Assembly: GCA_010015805.1 (NCBI GenBank)
Contig: ML978130.1
Coordinates: forward strand, 744,001-808,000
Reading direction: 5' to 3'
Origin: Rhizodiscina lignyota
Lineage: Eukaryota
Length of the DNA: 64,000 bases
A program made the position numbers and the translations under genes. This document shows positions 59,743 through 64,000 of the stretch, piece after piece (position 1 is the stretch's first letter; every line of letters begins with the position of its first letter). The notes below the pieces were generated by a model, which was not told the DNA's origin, searched no databases, and saw nothing but the letters and a program-made list of their open reading frames with translations.

Positions 59743-60183
59743 TCGGGGAAAGTCAGCTCGTGGGATTGCCGTGGACGTGCAAGCGCGCGGAAATAATCGT
59801 CATCCCCGCGGAAATAAGACGTTTGTGGGGAAATCCAGGGGCGCGGTGGGGTCATCCTCGCGAGCCGTTCGCACTATTCCCAATTCGGCTGACTCGGTGG
59901 AAGGTGGTGTTTTCGGGCATGAACCAATCAGAATCCCTACGATATCGTCTTCCTCCTCGCAGTCCACCTCCTGAGTTTGTGCTGGACTCCTTCATCTGGC
60001 AACACGAGCAACTGCATGACTACATTTTCATCTGACCCACATCTAAGTTCACATTTCGATCGGGAAATTGTAATTGACTAATGAACAATTGGAAAGAATG
60101 CTAATTTAATTTGAACGACAAATCAACATTACTACTATCGTCTACAGGACATTCTGAATCTTCTCCCACCTCTTCAATCTTCT

Positions 60184-61945
60184 CTACAAATGTGCGGTCT
60201 TCTCGAAACTCTGTGCCATCCACGCCTGCAACTTGTCCGTATCTCTCACTTCAAATCTAACTTTGAATGGCTTCGGCTGCGTAACCATGCTGGTCGGGAC
60301 AGAGTTGCACTCAATCGTGTCGAGGTTCGGCCGAGCACTCACATCATTTGCCCCTTTGATGCGGAACGCAAGAATGAGGCGTGTGAAGATGGTATATAGT
60401 TCCCTGTTTGCCAGATGGACGCCCGCACACATGCGTGATCCTGCTCCGTACGCAAAATGTTGTGTTCCAGCGCCGGCCTCGTCAATGCCCATGAAGCGGT
60501 CAGGAACAAACTCCATGGGAGATTTAAAGTGCTTTGGGTCATGATTTGCTGCCCACATATTCTGCAGCATGTCAGCCGGTACAGAGAATCCAAAAACGCA
60601 ATAAGGTTCCCTACCATAAAGAATGGCGTTCCTGCGGGGATATTGGCACCGTTGTACTGGATATCCTTTACGCTTTGGCGGGTGAACGACATATTCAGTG
60701 TTGACCAGTACCGAAGCACCTCCTGGTACATCTGTGAGTAGTATTCTCCTTCATCTCAGGCAAAAGCATCCAGTTACCTTTGTAAAGGAACGCATGAACT
60801 CAGACTTCTCGTCCTCTAAGCACGCATGCCATGGATCCTCGTCCGGATAGCACTCAATGATTTCCTTGTAAGCACGCTCTTGTATTTCCTGGCCGTGCGG
60901 ACTTGACAGGTAAGCAATAGTCATATTGATATTCCCCGGAAGAGTATCTAAGCCTGCCGCTACCATCGTGAGACAAACTGTCTTCAGTTCGTCTATAATT
61001 CGTCAGCATCGGAGGATCAGGATGTAATAGTGGTGTGTCTGCTTACTGTCTGTGAGCTTTGCTTCAGGATCTTTGATGACATTGCCAGCAATGCACGGAT
61101 TATCAGTGCCCGCCTCAATTCTTGCTAACATCTGTTCGTAGAATGAAAGAATATATTCGTCTCTTTTCGCGCGAGCCTGGAGCGCCTTCCTCTTAGTCCC
61201 AGGCCAAAGCCGTAAGATCGGGATATAGTCTTGCCAGCAGTGGGCAACGCCACGGATGTTACCCAGTTCTCGTTCAGTCGCTACAACGTCGTTCAAGGTT
61301 TGATCGTGAATGCTGCCTTGGATACGGATGCCAAAGTTCAGAGTCAAACTGATGTTGAGCGAGAAGCGCTGGAAGTAGCCGTTCGGGTCGATCTCAATTT
61401 CGTTCTTCAGGTCTTGTGCAAGCTCGTTGATGCTGGACGTTGACTCGAGGTCGATGAAGGGCAAGTATGTTTGCACGGCCTGTCTGTTTAGAGCAGTCGC
61501 GGCCGCTTTCCTTGCCCTCTTCACTGATTCATTCCAAGGGGAAGTGCCAAGTGTAAAGACACCTTGCGTCTCCGATACAATATCGTGGAAAGTCCAGAAT
61601 CTCGGACGCGAGACTAAGGCAGCTTGGTTTTTGATCCAGAGCTCCTTTACTGAATCGAACGAGTTCGCGTAGATGATCCTCTGTTCCCGTCAGTAGGACG
61701 CAAAAATTTGGCAAAATCTTCATTACCCTATTTCCGAGCCGGACTTGGAATACATCGCCGTATTGCTGGACAAGCTTTGCACAGTTACGAGCGTGGTACT
61801 TTCCAAGCATAAGAAGGCTCCCAAATATCGGTACACCGGGCAGCTCGGGCAAGCCCTTAACCTTTGGTATGTCTGTCCTGTTACTCCATTTCCATGCGAA
61901 AGCCAATATCGACGCAATAACAGCAAAGATTATATACGTCTCCAT
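60184..61945 (-). CDS. Cytochrome P450, CYP504 family (phenylacetate 2-hydroxylase PhacA-like)
   Basis: Exons 61945-61727, 61680-61047, 60992-60778, 60722-60615, 60561-60184. GTSPW..S.KR.RKAAATALNR.AVQ, MVAAGLDT, EVLR, PDRF, heme motif FAYGAGSRMCAG. Confidence 0.9.
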
Positions 61946-62287
61946 GGTGATTCAATTACTTATATGGAGGTAGTAGCTGGGACAGAACTGAAAATGTACG
62001 AGATAGGTGGAATGCGATATTCGCAAAATCTAGAAAGCGAGAAGATAACAAGCTGGGCATCAAACAATCTATCACCACTTACAATACCTTTTACGCATCG
62101 GGAGGGAGCCATATATCCTGCCGTGATGCCGTACAGGTGCGGAGAAGCGATCATCAGTTTAGGCCTACCACTACCCCGGACTGGAGCTGGGCGGAGGGTG
62201 GAGGAGAGCTGCGTCGCGTGAGCTATTGCGTATGTTCAGGGATTTCTCCAAAAAGCGACAATTCTATGGATTGGAAAGGACCCCTAA

Positions 62288-62305
62288 TCTCCAATTTGGA
62301 GAAGG
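62288..62305. promoter_or_regulatory. Palindromic element TCTCCAATTTGGAGAAGG in the divergent P450/dehydrogenase promoter (copy 2)
   Basis: Identical to 59725-59742; about 340 bp from the P450 ATG and about 400 bp from the dehydrogenase ATG. Confidence 0.7.
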
Positions 62306-62702
62306 CGCAGTTGTTTGTCTCTGAGAATTGGCCATCTCGGGTCATCCGAAACGGTGGAGAACTCGCATAAGCGGAGAGAATTGCAGCAAAGGCTCGGAGT
62401 TTGACGGGAATGAGATCATTTGGAGACAGTGAGAAATATCTGAGCCAGAGCAATGTTGACAAAGTAAAAATTTGGATCTCGAAACGACGTTGGAGAGGTC
62501 GCGGAGTTAAACATTCCGTGTGGATGAAAGAATGAGGAATTGCAAGGGTGCTTAGAAATCTGACATGTAACTCTATCTCAAATCACGCACGAGACAGCAT
62601 ATTCAAACGACAAGTGTTGCTGAAATTTCAATTGCATGTACGAAGCGGATTTACGTAGCCCTCACGATAATACACCCCCAGATCATTCAATTAACAATTA
62701 CA

Positions 62703-63755
62703 ATGGCAAAAGTTCGCCTCGCAATCCTCGACGACTACCAGGACATCGCTCCGGCGAAGTTCTCTCATCTCTCCTCCAAGGTGGATGTCGTCAGCTTTCC
62801 CAAAACCCTCAATGCTAGAGATCCAGAGCAAAAGCAGCAGCTCATTGCACAGCTTCAACCGTTCGACATTGTCTCGACAATGAGGGAACGCACCGCGTTT
62901 CCGGCAGATGTCGTGAACCAGCTGCCGAACTTGAAGCTGTTGCTCACAACTGGCATGAGGAACGCTTCTTTCGACATGGATGCTTTAACCAAACGTGGTG
63001 TTGTCGTTGCTGGTGCGAAGGGATTTGGTAAAGCAGGAGAGAAATCCGCTCCCACTTCACTTGATTCTACCATGGAACATGGATGGGCAATGATTCTGGG
63101 CCTTGCGCGCCGACTCGCGAGCAGCGACGTTAGTATTGCTAATGGTGGGTGGCAGACGGGCGCCGCATTTGGATTGAAGGCTAAGACCTTGGGCATTCTC
63201 GGCTTGGGTAAGCTCGGAGCTGATACGGCGAGAATCGGGGTTGCTTTTGGCATGAAGATACTTGCATGGTCGACTAGCTTGACTCAAGAAAAGGCAGATG
63301 CGGAGGCTGAGAAGATGGGGTTGGCAAAGGGTGTATTCAAATGCGCTAGCAGCAAGAAAGAGCTGTGCGAGACAGCGGACATTCTGAGCGTCCACTATGT
63401 TCTTTCCGACAGGAGCAGGGGCATTGTTGGTGCAGAGGAGCTGGCACAGCTGAAGCCCAGTGCCCTGGTGGTCAATACCTCGAGAGGGCCATTAATTGAC
63501 GAAGAGGCGCTGCTGAAGACGTTGGAGCAAGGGAAGATCTGGGGTGCGGCGCTGGATGTCTTTGATGTTGAGCCGCTTCCCGCATCGAGTCCGTGGCGGA
63601 CAACTGCATGGGGAAAGGATGGCCGCTCTGAGGTTCTCCTTAGTCCACATATGGGATATGTGGAAGAGGATGCAATGCGTCGTTGGTATGAAGACACTGC
63701 CATAAACGTTGAAACATGGCTGGAAGGACGCAAGCTAGAAACACAAATAAATTAG
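62703..63755 (+). CDS. D-isomer-specific 2-hydroxyacid dehydrogenase
   Basis: AILDDYQ, MRERT, TTGMRNAS, LGILGLGKLG, VNTSRGPLIDE, LDVFDVEPL, SPHMGY. Intronless. Confidence 0.93.
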   Translation: MAKVRLAILDDYQDIAPAKFSHLSSKVDVVSFPKTLNARDPEQKQQLIAQLQPFDIVSTMRERTAFPADVVNQLPNLKLLLTTGMRNASFDMDALTKRGVVVAGAKGFGKAGEKSAPTSLDSTMEHGWAMILGLARRLASSDVSIANGGWQTGAAFGLKAKTLGILGLGKLGADTARIGVAFGMKILAWSTSLTQEKADAEAEKMGLAKGVFKCASSKKELCETADILSVHYVLSDRSRGIVGAEELAQLKPSALVVNTSRGPLIDEEALLKTLEQGKIWGAALDVFDVEPLPASSPWRTTAWGKDGRSEVLLSPHMGYVEEDAMRRWYEDTAINVETWLEGRKLETQIN

Positions 63756-63795
63756 TAGAAGAGAAGAACGGTATTCAGTTGGAATATCTATTGGC

Positions 63796-64000
63796 TCACT
63801 GCCTTTCGAGCATGTTGCCATAAGCATTCAGCGATGTGCCAATCAAATCTACTAATTCCCAGACGCTGTCCGGTCTGAAGAGCTTCGCCCACAGCTTGAC
63901 CACTATTGAACTCAGCCTCCGTTCATTGAGCAAGAGCTCCTCCGCAGGTGCTCCGAACTCAGTCTCTTGTACCATGTCAATGACGAACGAAAGCAGTCTG
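63796..64000 (-). CDS. C-terminal end of a gene running off the window, probably a fungal-specific transcription factor
   Basis: Open frame from the edge: RLLSFVIDMVQETEFG...RLSSIVVKLWAKLFRPDSVWELVDLIGTSLNAYGNMLERQ*. Resembles the C-termini of C2H2/fungal-TF-domain regulators; the DNA-binding domain is not visible. Confidence 0.5.
   Translation of the reverse strand, partial: RLLSFVIDMVQETEFGAPAEELLLNERRLSSIVVKLWAKLFRPDSVWELVDLIGTSLNAYGNMLERQ

Noticed and set aside
1..64000. CRISPR arrays, tRNA/rRNA genes, telomeric repeats, intact transposons
   Set aside because: No spaced repeat arrays, cloverleaf/T-loop signatures, TTAGGG tracts or RT/transposase motifs recognised by eye; tRNAscan-SE/Infernal were not run.

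Overview
Eukaryotic, intron-containing genomic DNA from a filamentous ascomycete (Pezizomycotina-type GT...CTRAY...YAG introns of about 45-105 nt). I can support about 27 protein-coding loci, several rebuilt by hand across introns that the ORF track splits or misses. Conserved housekeeping genes (complex I NDUFS6-like subunit, MPP6-like protein, TAF6, YjbQ/UPF0047, SEN2, scramblase, PHO84-like transporter) alternate with an accessory-looking stretch at about 19.9-31.5 kb: a HeLo-like/ankyrin protein, an orphan Kex2-type prepro-protein, an amidase pseudogene, an SGNH membrane protein and a 4-exon, 14-Cys small secreted protein. The strongest signal is at the right end, a candidate co-regulated catabolic cluster: Zn alcohol dehydrogenase, CYP504 (phenylacetate 2-hydroxylase-like) P450, D-2-hydroxyacid dehydrogenase and a truncated probable transcription factor. 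Its two promoter regions share an identical 18-bp element built on the palindrome TCTCCAA-T-TTGGAGA, which resembles inverted Adr1-type half-sites. No tRNA, rRNA, CRISPR array or intact transposon was recognised. Family assignments rest on motif recognition only; no database search was run.
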